Source of the DNA: Octopus sinensis
Taxonomy: Eukaryota
Assembly (NCBI RefSeq): GCF_006345805.1
Contig: NW_021834286.1
Coordinates: forward strand, 351 to 64,350
Direction: 5' to 3'
DNA: 64,000 bases
Below, one piece after another: positions 43,505 to 57,795 of this stretch. How positions within the stretch are numbered: the first letter of the stretch is position 1; each line of letters begins with the position of its first letter. The notes beneath the pieces are model-generated. The model saw only the letters and a list, made by a program, of their open reading frames with translations, was not told the DNA's origin and ran no database searches. A program made the position numbers and the translations under genes.

Positions 43505-43700
43505 GTAACCCATCCAGGCCAAATGATTAACGGCATTTTGTCCGTCCTTACATACTGAGTTCAAATCCACTGAGGTCGATTTTGACTTTCACTTTTTTAT
43601 TTCGAGGCTGATAATATAAGTACCAGTTGTACATTACAATCGATGAAATCGACTTATCCACTTCCCTGAAGATGCTGGACTTTTGCCAAAATATGAAATC
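43505..43700 (+). mobile_element. SINE family 3, diverged
   Basis: ctgagttcaaatccactgaggtcgattttgactttc..aagtaccagtt..aatcgactt. Confidence 0.65.
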
Positions 43701-44324
43701 ATTATTTACAATTAGCAGCATATTAATTGCTTTTATTTGTATTTTTCAACTTGTGTTCACTATTTATAACAGTCATACTCCGTAGATAAATACTTGGATA
43801 AATTCGCTCGTTGGACCCTTATTCTACCTCATCTGTTCTTAATTCCTATAATGTCTGGCTGACTTCCTTATCAGTGTTTAACGATTAAGACAACTTGTCC
43901 TGGAGTACGTGTCAAAACATTATTCTAATATCATAGCTATAAAATTTTAAAGTCTTAGAATGTTTTGAAACTCCGTCTCGGATTTGGTTATGACTTCATG
44001 TCTTCTATATATGGGAAGTTAAGGGTCATCGTCTCTCTGATTTTGTAACCAGTCTCTTAACAATTTAGGACTGCACTTAATTTATCAAGAGAAAGGCCAA
44101 AAGTTTGTAGCGAAACTGATTCTCGGAATATCCACATTTACATAAAGTTTCGTGATTTTGCACTGCATTTGAATTCCAGTTTGTTATGCTACTTTTCAAG
44201 AATCCTATAATTATTGCTGACAATATATTCATCCCATTCAATTTACTGTCGATGAATGCAATTCTGTTATTCCATATATTTCCTATAGCGAATCCAAGTG
44301 CTGAATGTTGAAATAAAAGTACAC

Positions 44325-44605
<281 letters not shown>

Positions 44606-44682
44606 GTCCACGTGCATATGGCGTAGTGGTTAAGAGCGCGGACTACTAAGCCTAAGATTACTAGTTCGATTCTAAGCAGTGA

Positions 44683-44757
<75 letters not shown>

Positions 44758-44935
44758 CAATAGTAACATTGAAATACCTTAGGAATGAGAACCCGGGTTC
44801 GAAATTTCCCCAAGACACCTGATGAAGGCTGGAGGGTATATCAGCCGAAACGTTGTGTTAACAACAAACAAGATGAGGCCAAATATATGTCAAATGTAAA
44901 TAATGTAAATAATTCATCAGCTCTTAAATATACGT
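44606..44935 (+). mobile_element. Composite SINE-like element: tRNA-like head + (AAT)n + hammerhead-bearing PLE-like tail
   Basis: A box TGGCGTAGTGG at 44619-44629, B box GTTCGATTC at 44664-44672, (AAT)n at 44686-44760, hammerhead at 44814-44859. First T4 run downstream is at 44946-44949. Confidence 0.7.
44814..44859 (+). ncRNA. Minimal type I hammerhead motif
   Basis: GACAC-CTGATGA-A-GGCTG-gagggtatat-CAGCC-GAAA-C-GT-T-GTGTT; stems I and II pair, AACGTT palindrome at stem III, one extra A after the core. Confidence 0.7.
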
Positions 44936-45917
44936 GCACAAGTTCTTTTATTTCAGTATGCAGTCTCCCAATATCCTGTTCAATTGAAATCTCTCTTTAC
45001 GGGCATAAGAAACTATTACGCACCACACCAACCACCTAGGTAGGATATTATCTCTTTCATGATGCAGTTACGTCTTAAATGATGCTGATATTATAGCAAT
45101 GCAGAAATTACAAATATAGATAGAGAGCATGTCGTTTTTAGAGCCATCCATATGTATAGGTATTTGTAACAGGGTTGGCTTTCTTACATCAGCCATTTGA
45201 TATTTAGGATGGACTCATTATTGCATTATTAAACCGGTTGGTTATATTTTAGTAGGAGATATATACAGGTGTTTTATGTAAAGTTCCGGAGTTTCTATAC
45301 CCCAGATAACAACCAGTTACTTATATTTGATTCTGTTGTGTTTTCCGCTTTTTAAATATTTCCACTGTTTGTTAGGTGATTTAGCTTTTCTTTTGTCATA
45401 TGGATTTATTTGTTTTATAGAATATTTCTCTGTTTCTTTCATTCTTAAGCTCTCCGTTGGTGAATAAATATATTTGAATACCGTCCCTTTAACTAAGCTG
45501 CAGTCCAGCATAAAACGATACGTGGTTGAACATCAGGCATTGGCAATGTTACAACGCGTTTCGGTAATTGAACAATAGGATCGGAGACACATTGAACTGA
45601 GAAGATTAAGAAATTTTAGAGAATAAATAATCTAATAATTTACAATATTCATCGACGAGTGCCCAATTCTAAGGAGTAGGAAAATTTGGGGGTCCTCAAC
45701 GGGGAACATCTGAATGGTTCCTTTACCAGAATACAAGTATGATGTATTCTACTGAAGACTAATTAGAGCTTAGAAAACACTTGGTCTTGCAGTGCTACAG
45801 ATTGCCTTTGTCATTTAAAGGAAAACTCTACGGACACTTCAGTGTCCTCAACTGGGCCGCCCCAAGATATCCGTAGACACACTTTCACCAGTACTACATC
45901 AATGACTAGAGAAATAA

Positions 45918-46305
45918 TTCTACTCTAGGCACACGGCCAGAAATCTTTGGGGAGGGGGCCAGTCGATTAGATTGACCCCAGTACGCAACTTAAATTATCG
46001 ACATCGAAATGATGAAAGGCAAAGTCGACCTCGGCGGAATTTGAACTCAGAGCGTAGCGGCAGAGGGAATACCTATTTCTTTACTACCCACAAGGGGCTA
46101 AATACAGAGAGAAGAAACAAGAACAGACAAACGGATTAAGTCGATTACATCGACCCCAGTGCGTAACTGGTACTTAATTTATCGATCCCGAAAGGATGAA
46201 AGGCAAAATTGACCTCGGCAGAATTTGAACTCAGACGTAACGGCAGACGAAATACCAAAACGCATTTCGCCTTGCGTGCTAACGTTTCTGCCAGCATACG
46301 GCCTT
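45918..46305 (-). mobile_element. SINE family 3 head-to-tail dimer
   Basis: Two copies of the gacctcggcggaatttgaactcag core (46027, 46211), joined at a shared aatacc near 46067. Confidence 0.8.
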
Positions 46306-46990
46306 GTGACTAGAAAAATAATGACGGAAAACTGCTTTCGCGTTTAGAATCGATCTGGATGCTAACAGAACACATGACACTAATCGCCCAGTCCTCATCC
46401 TTTCGTTAGAGATGCCAATTAGTTTTTTCTCCGATTAGTACCTATGGCAAAAAATGTTCTCGGACGAAATTGACTTGGATAAAGGTAATTAATTTTCTTA
46501 CTTGTTCAAATCATATAAACCCCATCAACAAGCATTTCAAAAAGAGGCGGAGTAAAGAAGAAATTTCTATGGCAGTTGAGAGTGACGATCCTGGTGTGAC
46601 GACAAGGTTTCAATTTTTATTTTTAAATTCTTAGTACTGGAAATTCGAAATGCTTTTGTACTGAGAACTCATTATGGAACGGAAAAGTATTTGATGCTGG
46701 TCCACGTGATAATATACTTATGAGAAAATATAGAGTTTCTCTTCATTTTTCTTATTTTTATGTTTTAAATAGTTCTCTTTGCACTTCATGTAACCACACA
46801 CATCTAATGCATTTGCAACCAGTGTTTGTAATATCCTTCATTTGTCTATTTTATGGAAAATAAAGAACCGTTTGGTATTATATTGCTGTTTGTGTTATTA
46901 TCATTATTAATTTTATTATTATCATCATCATTATCATCATCGTCATCATCATCATCATCATCATCGTTATCATCATCATTATTATTATTA

Positions 46991-47060
<70 letters not shown>

Positions 47061-47083
47061 CATTATTATCATTATTATTATTA

Positions 47084-47271
47084 TTGAGTGAGAGAGCAGT
47101 GCCTGCCATCAAAGTGACACTGGGGTAAAATATACGAAGCCCAATATACCCATCATGACTACCCGTCTGATAAAGGTACACCAGGCACATACATCACAAC
47201 CATATGTGCGCGACATGGTGATCTCATATCAAGATAAACAGCACATGACCTTGCAGGTGGGGCCCAGTTAG
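47084..47271 (-). mobile_element. Family D, 5'-truncated copy lying in the (TAA)n tail of the next copy
   Basis: Matches 47401-47585; flanked on both sides by (ATT)n. Confidence 0.85.
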
Positions 47272-47349
47272 ATTATTATTATTATTATTATTACTATTAT
47301 TATTATTATTATTATTATTATATTATTATTATTATTATTATTATGATTA

Positions 47350-47398
<49 letters not shown>

Positions 47399-47400
47399 GA

Positions 47401-47950
47401 TTGAGCGAGCAGAGCATGCCATCAAAGTGACACTGGGGTAAAATATACGAAGCCCAGTATACCCATCATGACTACCCGTCCGATAAGGGAACACCAGACA
47501 CATGCATCACAACCATATGTGCGCGACATAGTGATCTCATATCAAGATAAACAGCACATGACCTTGCAGGTGGAGCCCAGTTAGAATTTTCTTCAGATCG
47601 AGTAACCCATCCCGCTCAAAAGGTCCCTGAATAAGGGCTGTCCAAGGACGTTGAACGAAATACCCATGTTTCCAGAGGTGAATTATTCAAACCCCAAAGA
47701 ATCCCTCTCAACACATGACTATGATGCTCCCCCACTACTTCTGCTCATGATCAGAGATGCACATATCGTCAGCCACTAAGGGAGATGCTCAACTGGTTAA
47801 GGTCAAACAACTGACAAGCAAATCTGTGGTATTGAGCAGAATATTTGCTGTAGCCCATCTTTTATACCAAGACAAAACAATGTACATAACACTTCCAATA
47901 AGTTAAGATCAGAAGCCATGAGAGCCACTGCCTGGTACTGCATCAGGCAT
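47401..47950 (-). mobile_element. Family D (TAA)n-tailed element, ~550 bp
   Basis: Reverse complement of 14727-15230, extended by ~60 bp; (ATT)n on both sides. Confidence 0.8.
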
Positions 47951-47973
47951 ATATTATTATTATTATTATTATA

Positions 47974-48032
<59 letters not shown>

Positions 48033-48044
48033 CATCATCATCAG

Positions 48045-48200
48045 AAATGTGTGAGCTGGCAGAGTTGTTAGAGTCTCTAAAACCACTCCTCGAGTCATTT
48101 GTTCCGGTTCTTTACATTCTGAGTTCAAATTTCGCTAACTTCACCAATTCTTTCCTTTCTTTCGGGGTTGGTAAATAAACTAGTGGTTACATTCTGAACT
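48045..48200 (+). mobile_element. SINE family 3, degraded 5' part
   Basis: gtgagctggcagagttgttag..ttctgagttcaaatttcgc. Confidence 0.6.
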
Positions 48201-50373
48201 GACTCTTATACGGTTATCACCTTTGTTTCTCATTACGAGGTGAAAATAAACAGAGAAGTAACCAACAATAACATGTACTCAGATAGGGTTGTTTGGGTCT
48301 TCGGTGTCTTCATGAGCCCCGAAGACAACAGAACTGATCCTGAACCAGACCTAATCACGGGAGAAGAACGGACAGTTATGTTAATGAGGCAGGCCAGAAA
48401 ATCTCCGGGTAGGAATCTTAACTAAGGCAGACTGCTTGAGAATATGAGGTTTTTCCTATTCAAAAGATGGAAAAAATAGGGAAAAGTAAGATGCAGCGGC
48501 GTATAGTAAGAACAACCCCAGACTACTGAAACATAAAGAGCAGAAAGAAATATATTGTTTGCTACGACCAGCACTGCTGCCATTCTCTATTCCACTAGTG
48601 GTCACGTCGAGGATGATCGACGCAGAAACAGAAACAAGATCGTTTCAGACGAAGCAATATCACCATCTTTCAGCACATATTCAGTAAAAGACTCTGACAA
48701 GCAGTTCAACCTCATCGTTTTCTCGTTATATCTGTTGTCTCAGTAATGCTATTATTCTTCATATTTCATTACCACGCGTAAAAATCACGAATTTTCCAAA
48801 TATAATTGCTCTGAAAAACAATTCTTTTTGAATTCATTCTGACACATTCAGTGATAACAAATAGTAGCTGTTCCGGCTGTTGGAACAGTTTAGACATGTC
48901 TTCTAGGCTTTCACACAGTTTTTCTTATTGGCGGGTATCTCTAATTCCATTCTACTCTTCCACTAACATTAAGGGTTGTAAGTTTTGAAAGAACACATTT
49001 TAAGCAGTCTCAAGAATACTACCGCATTTCTCCGGTTGGTGCACAGAAAGGTTGCCGACGTCCTGCACCAAACACAATTCATGAAGATCGTCTAAAACAC
49101 TACTTTCACCTATTCACCATGTGACAGACTAAGAGTAACAAACACCTCGTAGTAAAAAGAAACGGCGGTGAGTTGTAGGTGCATATAAGAACGCAACGAG
49201 AAAATTTAAACAAAAGAGTAGGACTGCCAAAAATTAATTCTCAAAACACCCAAAAGAAAGATTACTAGTAAAGAGAACGTTAAGTTTCTAGAAGACATAG
49301 TGTGATAAATTGGCAAGCAGCGAAAGGATTTTCTGTGAGACTGTTTTAATAAGCACTGTTAAGGTAACTCCGGCAATTGCCGAGCAGGCCATTTTATCCG
49401 CCTTTCTTGAAGACGAAGGTAAATTGTCAATCATTTTTTTCTCCAACGGAAGTGATTTATGAAGCGTAAATGTATGAGGTTTGGCTCTACTTCAAAGTAA
49501 GTTCACTTGCTGAAGAAACTTAGGTGAATAGATACAGACGCAGAGGCTATCAGTGAGACTAGGGTTTCATAGGCATGGGGTTCCGGGCGTCCAGCGACCA
49601 TCTTAGACAATTATTACATGCACCATTAATAAATAGTGATTAATGATATACGAGGGAGAAAATTAACAGAAAGTATTACGAAAGACATCGAAACCGACTT
49701 CCTAGCAGCAAAAAATATTCCTGAACCATAATCTCATCGAGAAATGCGAAAGTTGCTCTGCCAAAGGTAAGTTGGTCACTATACAACACAATAAACGGAA
49801 ATGTTTTAGATGAAGACATATGACAGAACCTCATCACGGACCAAGACATGCAATAAATATATGTGTAGTTTTGCGACGACACTTTGCTAAATTATTCTAG
49901 ATGAGCTGTAAACCGAACTCAGTAGATGATATTAATGACTTCTTAATGGGTGCCGTGGTTCTCGGTGAAAGATAGGAGGATTCTCACACTGTTATCGCTT
50001 TTTCAGAGTACCTGGCACTACATCTGCCAATTTACAGCAACTCCGAGATTTGTGAGAGAGAGAGAGGAAGGTATCCTGAACTAAGAGTCCTGGCTTTTGG
50101 GGACCGAGAGGAAGAACATCCTTAGGGATTGTTTAGATGTGGTATGTGTCATTTTATAGCACGTGACTCTCTAATGCATTGCACTTGTCTTTACTTGGCC
50201 AGATTCGATCGTCTGATGTCTCATTATTTGTAGGAAAGAAACGGTCCTATGATCAGGACCCTCAGCTTTCAATAGCCTCTGTAGGTTTGTAGTCAGTAAG
50301 CCGTGGCTGACACTCGCGCAGGTGTTGTAAGATTGCACAGCCTATAGACACACTCACTAGTACTGCTGCAGCA

Positions 50374-50430
<57 letters not shown>

Positions 50431-50579
50431 GCTGCTGCTGCTGCTACTTATTTCTTTATTGCCTACAAGGGGCTAAACATAGAGGAGACAAACAAGGACA
50501 GACAAAGGGATTAAGTCGATTATATTGACCCCAGTGGTAAATAATGAAGGTAAATACTGAATGCATTTAGAATGAACTT

Positions 50580-51130
50580 GCCAAAATCTGACACTCAAAA
50601 CTGATTATCAGAAATGCAATGCTTCATACAGCTAGAACAATTTTACAAAGAATATTCATGGTTACATTACGAAAATCTCTTGGACAGAATGATGGAGAAT
50701 AATTAAAATCTGATACGAGTCATGTACCTAACAAAACTTATTTTCTGTCTTCAAGGAGAAAAAAAAAGCTGCGATAAATAATGGCTATGAGAAAAACAGA
50801 AAAGCGACAACAGAAATCGTAAAGCTGGTAAAGTCTAAATTAAAAGTAGACTACAAAATGCAACGGAAATATATGGCAAGAAATGAACGTGTATTGAGAA
50901 CAATAGAAAAACTTGAACGTAGTGAATGTAAACCCCCAAAAATCCCGACAAACTCGGGCTGATGTCAAGATAGGGGCTGCAGACGTCTTCATTGTGGCAC
51001 AGGAGCAAGGTCATCAAAAGAAAAAAAAACGGATGTAATGGAGAAAGATACAGAAAGTGCAGAATATATGGAGACGGGGAAGGAAGGTTTAAGCAAACTA
51101 TCATTAACTCACTAGTATAAGCCAAGACAG
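50580..51130 (+). mobile_element. Degraded R4/Dong-like ORF fragment (post-RT region to zinc knuckle)
   Basis: MQRKYM (LHGKY-like), ADVFIVAQEQ (FIIAAQDQ-like), KCRIYGDGE..IINS (CCHC remnant). Confidence 0.55.
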
Positions 51131-51633
51131 GCAAAGCGGAATGCCTACGTATATACAGTGATTATTATGCCAGGACTGTGAGACAGCAAGAAACACCAGA
51201 TTGTAGGAACATATATGAATTGGAGCGGCATAGATGAAACCATATATATATGCATGTATGTATAGAATCATATGTGTATGTGTAGTATGTATGTACATAT
51301 GTATATATATATATACTTATATATATATATAGAGAGAGAGAGATAGATATATATTGATACACACATATATATATATTATATATATACATACATACATACA
51401 TACACAAATACATACACATACAGACATTCATATACATATATACTTATATATGAACACATATCTCGGCGTATACATATATAGCTATATATATGCGTACACA
51501 GTTGCAGATGTGTCTGTGTATATATATATATATATATATTATATATTATATATATATATGCTCATGCATACTATACACATACAGCCTTCTATACGTACAT
51601 ACATGCATATATGTGTGTATGCATGCATATGTG

Positions 51634-51664
<31 letters not shown>

Positions 51665-52314
51665 GGAGAAAGAAAGTGAGAGAGAAAGAGATGTGTGTTT
51701 ATGTGCGTGTATGCATGTGCGTTTGTGTGTGAGAGAGAGTGAGGGGAGCTTCATGAGTGCAAGTATTTATATACGCATACAGACAGATACATACAACATA
51801 TGAAACATTCTATTGTCGTGTCTGAACAGTAGAAGAAACATCTACGAAGACTACCAAAGACTACTCAAAACGCCAGCATTGTCTTCAGAGAAATACTTCC
51901 AGATCATTAACTATCTTATTTGAAATTTTAAACGACAATGGCAGAATGAATTTTTACCAGCTACAGTAATATCATTGCTAAATGACTTCTCATGATTCGG
52001 ATGACGAAGATGCTGTATGCTTGAAGAAAAAATTTATTATAGCAATGGTCAGGTGATAAGCTAATGAGGTCATGATACAGAGTGCGTATTTTATTCAAAA
52101 CACTAATGATGATGTTACTGTCAAATAAAGCTCTTTGCGACGATCCTTGGATATGTTAATATTCTAAAGGCTGATTGCCCTATGCGTATGAACAAAACGC
52201 TACATGTATGAGAGATGAATACAGCAGATAAATTTACGAGGCAAATGCCAGAATATAGACCACCGTATATGTTAATCCTTGTAGACACACATACATTTGA
52301 ATGCAGCTATATGC

Positions 52315-52345
<31 letters not shown>

Positions 52346-52674
52346 TATGCAGTTATTAAAATTATATATTCAAATTCATATATACTCACACGCGCGCGCG
52401 CTTATATTCGGTAGGCTTCTTCCAGTTTCCATTTACTAAATCTGCACATGTATGTAAGTGTGTATGCATGTACGTATGTATATAAAGTACAGGAATAGGA
52501 ATTTGAAGTACGGGTGGGTATCTTATGAGAATTCGAATACAATCCAGATCTAGCAAACCACACAGAAAGGCAGAGGACATTTAGAGTTATTCAAATAAAC
52601 AAGATAATGTACTTCATTCCATAAATATGTCCTGATTTCACTGAATTAGATTTCATATAGAATACAGAGTATCT

Positions 52675-52780
<106 letters not shown>

Positions 52781-53260
52781 TATACATATATATACACACA
52801 CATATATATATATAATATATATATATATCTATATACACATATATATACACACATATATATATACATATTTATATACATATATATATACATACATATATAT
52901 ACATATGTATATATACATATATATATACATATAAATATGTATGTGTGTGCATTATGTATATTTGGATGCATATGTTTGTAAGTATGCATAAGTTTGTGTA
53001 TATATATGAATGCATAAAACCACTATTAGGCAAATGAAACAGTGAAAGACATAAACCAAAATATAGAAATAAAATTAATTAATATAATATACAAAATATA
53101 TAAAATATAAAATTCAAAATTAAATTCTTTAAATTTAAAGTTAAAAATTTTAAATTACTAATATATATTTATAAATTTATATATATATATATATTTTTTA
53201 ATTAAATATATATAACTATCAAAAAGTATTGAAAAGCTTGATATAAGATAAAAAGTAAAA

Positions 53261-53356
53261 CCACTACGATCGTTTCATGCCTATAACCTAATTCGAATAA
53301 CAATAATTTAAGTTCAATTAATAATTCGAATTATGGTTATAGTCAATCTTCAGGTT
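53261..53356 (-). ncRNA. Type I hammerhead-like motif with long stem II, within an extremely AT-rich relic
   Basis: Minus: AAC-CTGAAGA-T-TGACTATAACC-A-TAATTCGAAT...ATTCGAATTA-GGTTATAGGCA-T-GAAA-C-GATC-GT-A-GT. Stem II 20/21 pairs, palindrome ACGATCGT, weak stem I. Confidence 0.6.
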
Positions 53357-53789
53357 AATAATAATAGTTAAATAAATAATCAAATATATTTAAACAATAT
53401 TTTTCTAAGAAATAAATAAAATAATAATTTTTCTTATAAAATACTCTATTATCAAACTAGAAACTTTAACGATTATGATTATGTCATACAATCGATTATA
53501 AAGTTAAATATTAATTTTTAAGTTAAGGATAGATAGAAAATGTATTTATTATTCAGATATAATATGGTTTAAAAAAAACATAATAAACTCACAAATAATC
53601 TAATCTCAGTTATAGTCGATATATAATTAGCTAAATATTTAATAATCAAAAATAAAAAAAAATCACTATTCATATTATTAAATTTTATTTCATATCAAAT
53701 AATTATATAATATTTAAATAAAAACTAAATTATCAATGGATATATATATTATATATTATATATATTTAATTTATATTTATATTTATACT

Positions 53790-53903
53790 GTAAAATTGGA
53801 GACGGAAGCACACCAATATCAGTTGTCACGCAATGGTGAGGGGTAATATACTGACCTAAAATCACACACTCACAAATATATGTATATATATATATATATA
53901 TAT

Positions 53904-53941
<38 letters not shown>

Positions 53942-53956
53942 TATATATATAATATA

Positions 53957-53989
<33 letters not shown>

Positions 53990-54075
53990 CGTGTTTGTTT
54001 CAGTTGCCATCTACCTAATTCACTCACAGGACTTTGGATGGCCTGAGGGTATAATGGAAGACACTTGCCTTATAT
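53790..54075 (-). mobile_element. SINE family 1, partial, with expanded central (TA)n
   Basis: Right arm 53790-53875 and left arm 53990-54075 flank ~115 bp of (TA)n. Confidence 0.6.
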
Positions 54076-55036
54076 GCGACAAAGAGGGACTCATATATAT
54101 TCCTTGTATAAGCTTATCTATATCTATATCTATATCTCCATCTATCTGTCTATTTATCTCTCTATCTACCTATCACCCGATCTATCTATTTATTTATGTA
54201 TATACATACATATATATATATATATAATATATATTATATAATATATATATATATGCATATACGTATATACATATATTACATACATAGATATTGATATATA
54301 TAATATATATATATATATACATATATATACATATATATATGAATGCATTACATATATGTGTATATATATATATATACACACACTTTTACATATGTATATA
54401 TGCATGATGCTATGTATATATGTATATATAAAAATATATGTATATATACATATATATACATACATATATATCCACACACCGACATATATATATATATATA
54501 TCTATATATATATCTGTATACATACCTACATATATATATAATATATATGTTTGTATGTATATATATATATATATATATATATGTCTGAGTGTACGTCAGT
54601 CTAGGTGTATAAGCATATATATAAATGCTTATAACCGGAAAGCAAAATATGCTTGCAGGCTGCTAGAGGTAAAAATGGATGCAGAAGATATGTTGCAGAT
54701 AATATTCCTTTCAAACAACATCCATGGATATGTATCGATGTATCCAGTGGGCTACTGCTATGCCAAAAAAAAAAAAGGAAAAAAAGAAAAACAAAAGATT
54801 AAAAAATATGGAAGAGAAGACGGGGGACTCTGCGCGGCAACAATAAAAAGCTGTTATGAGGATATTCTGATGCAACAGGCTTACGTACATATGGAGACTG
54901 GTGGTTGAAATATTTATATAAGTATACAACGAAATATATAAAGATGACTATATATGTGTGTGAGCGTGCATTTGCGTCTGTGTGTATGTGTGGTGTGTGT
55001 CTTACATGTATTTGATTTTTGTGGTGTATATGAGTG

Positions 55037-55072
<36 letters not shown>

Positions 55073-55094
55073 ATGTATCTATATATATACATAT

Positions 55095-55104
55095 ATATAT
55101 ATAC

Positions 55105-55171
<67 letters not shown>

Positions 55172-55650
55172 GTGTGTGTGTGTTAGCATTTCGTAATATA
55201 TATCAACTTAAATGTGATGTGGATTCACAAAAAAAACGTATGACCAAATTATACACACCCACACTCACGCACACTCAAACACATTTACTCAACGCGCGGT
55301 ACATACACACTAACATAAAAATATACACACCTATATGTATATATATGTATATATCAATGTATCTATCTCTGTATATAGATACATATATATATATGTGTGT
55401 GTGTGTATTCATGTATATATGTATGTATGTATGTATATGCGTGCACTGCGTATGTATGTACAGATATATACATATCTAATTATATGTAAATGCACACATA
55501 CATATATATATATATATATTCATATATGTATGAATATGTATGAGATATATACATATATACATATGTACATATAGATATCGATATGTATGTATAACCATAA
55601 TATGCATGTAATTGATTGTGTATACAGCTACGCATATACATACATGTACA

Positions 55651-55696
<46 letters not shown>

Positions 55697-56117
55697 GTTG
55701 TGTGTGTGTGTGTGTATGTATATAGATAAATATATACACGTATATATATAATATATATGTATGTGTGTATATATATATACATACATACATACATAAATAT
55801 ATATATATGAATGCGCTGTGCGACATTTTAAGTCACATCTGGACAACCGGCATTTGTTTGTTAACATTCTCATCTAGTGCCCCACAATGGGAGAACCAGA
55901 CAAAATAATATGTGTTTAGTGTCATTTTATCAATTAAAACTTAATGGACGTCTCCCAGCAGAGAAGCTTGATAGTGATTGCGAAGGAAAATGTATAACAA
56001 TATAATATAATACACACCTGTAACTACCTTTCCAAGTCTTTATCTATCTATCTATATATATATATATCTATATATATATATATCTATATATATATATATT
56101 CTATATATATATATATC

Positions 56118-56149
<32 letters not shown>

Positions 56150-56774
56150 ATATATATAATATATATATATATACATATATATATGTATATATATATATAC
56201 ACACACACACATATATATTATATATATATTTATTCATCTCTTCATATATCTCTGCTTTTATATATGCAAGTATAGATTTATAAGTGTGTATACTTATCTA
56301 TATATGTATGTATGTATGTAGGTACGTAATTTTATTCATGCATCGACACATATCACATACATGTACATGTATAGTTATGTAGCCACAAGAAAGACCTGCC
56401 GAATATGTTGATAGGCAATCTTATATATCATAGATAAAAGCATATATATTAAACATAACACGTGTGAGTTATGTATAGCGAGAGGCGGACTCTAGTTACA
56501 AAATGGCTTGTTGCATAAATCTATGCATATTATGTAAATTACAAACAGGTTATATATAGCGGCCGGTTTGGTAATGTATTATCACATGCATCGATGCTAC
56601 GACACACATACACACACACACACAAACACGCACGTGCTAGCAGAATTGCTCACACGCGCGCAGACACACACACATTCACACATATATGTATATATACACA
56701 TACATAATCACACACACACATATGTATATACATATGTGTATATATATATACTATATATATATATATATATATAG

Positions 56775-56812
<38 letters not shown>

Positions 56813-57287
56813 TAGCATTTCGTAATATATATCAACTTAAATGTGATGTGGATTCACAAAAAAAACGTATGACCAAATTATACACACCCACACTCACGCA
56901 CACTCAAACACATTTACTCAACGCGCGTGTACATACACACTAACATAAAAATATACACACCTATATGTATATATATGTATATATCAATGTATCTATCTCT
57001 GTATATAGATACATATATATATATGTGTGTGTGTGTGTATTCATGTATATATGTATGTATGTATGTATATGCGTGCACTGCGTATGTATGTACAGATATA
57101 TACATATCTAATTATATGTAAATGCACACATACATATATATATATATATATTCATATATGTATGAATATGTATAGATATATACATATATACATATGTACA
57201 TATAGATATCGATATGTATGTATAACCATAATATGCATGTAATTGATTGTGTATACAGCTACGCATATACATACATGTACATATATG

Positions 57288-57323
<36 letters not shown>

Positions 57324-57690
57324 CTATATGTCTGTGTGTGTGTGTGTGTATGTATATAGATAAATATATACACGTATATATATAATATATATGTATGTGT
57401 GTATTATATATACATACATACATACATAAATATATATATATGAATGCGCTGTGCGACAATTTTAAGTCACATCTGGACAACCGGCATTTGTTTGTTAACA
57501 TTCTCATCTAGTGCCCCACAATGGGAGAACCAGACAAAATAATATGTGTTTAGTGTCATTTTATCAATTAAAACTTAATGGACGTCTCCCAGCAGAGAAG
57601 CTTGATAGTGATTGCGAAGGAAAATGTATAACAATATAATATAATACACACCTGTAACTACCTTTCCAAGTCTTTATCTATCTATCTATC

Positions 57691-57737
<47 letters not shown>

Positions 57738-57764
57738 ATCTATCTATCTATCTATCTATCTATC

Positions 57765-57795
<31 letters not shown>

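Noticed and set aside
44606-44685. Functional tRNA gene
   Set aside because: Acceptor stem has bulges, the anticodon and T arms are mispaired, and there is no adjacent terminator; treated as a SINE head.
45545-45590. Minus-strand GAAAC-GC-GTT with palindrome AACGCGTT
   Set aside because: The 3' half of a hammerhead is present but no recognisable CUGANGA.
48480-49060. Possible LINE endonuclease relic on the minus strand (TLNV-like)
   Set aside because: A single short motif; not enough to call.
53000-53745. NUMT (mitochondrial insertion)
   Set aside because: No recognisable rRNA, tRNA or OXPHOS motifs; the hammerhead motif fits a PLE-like relic better.
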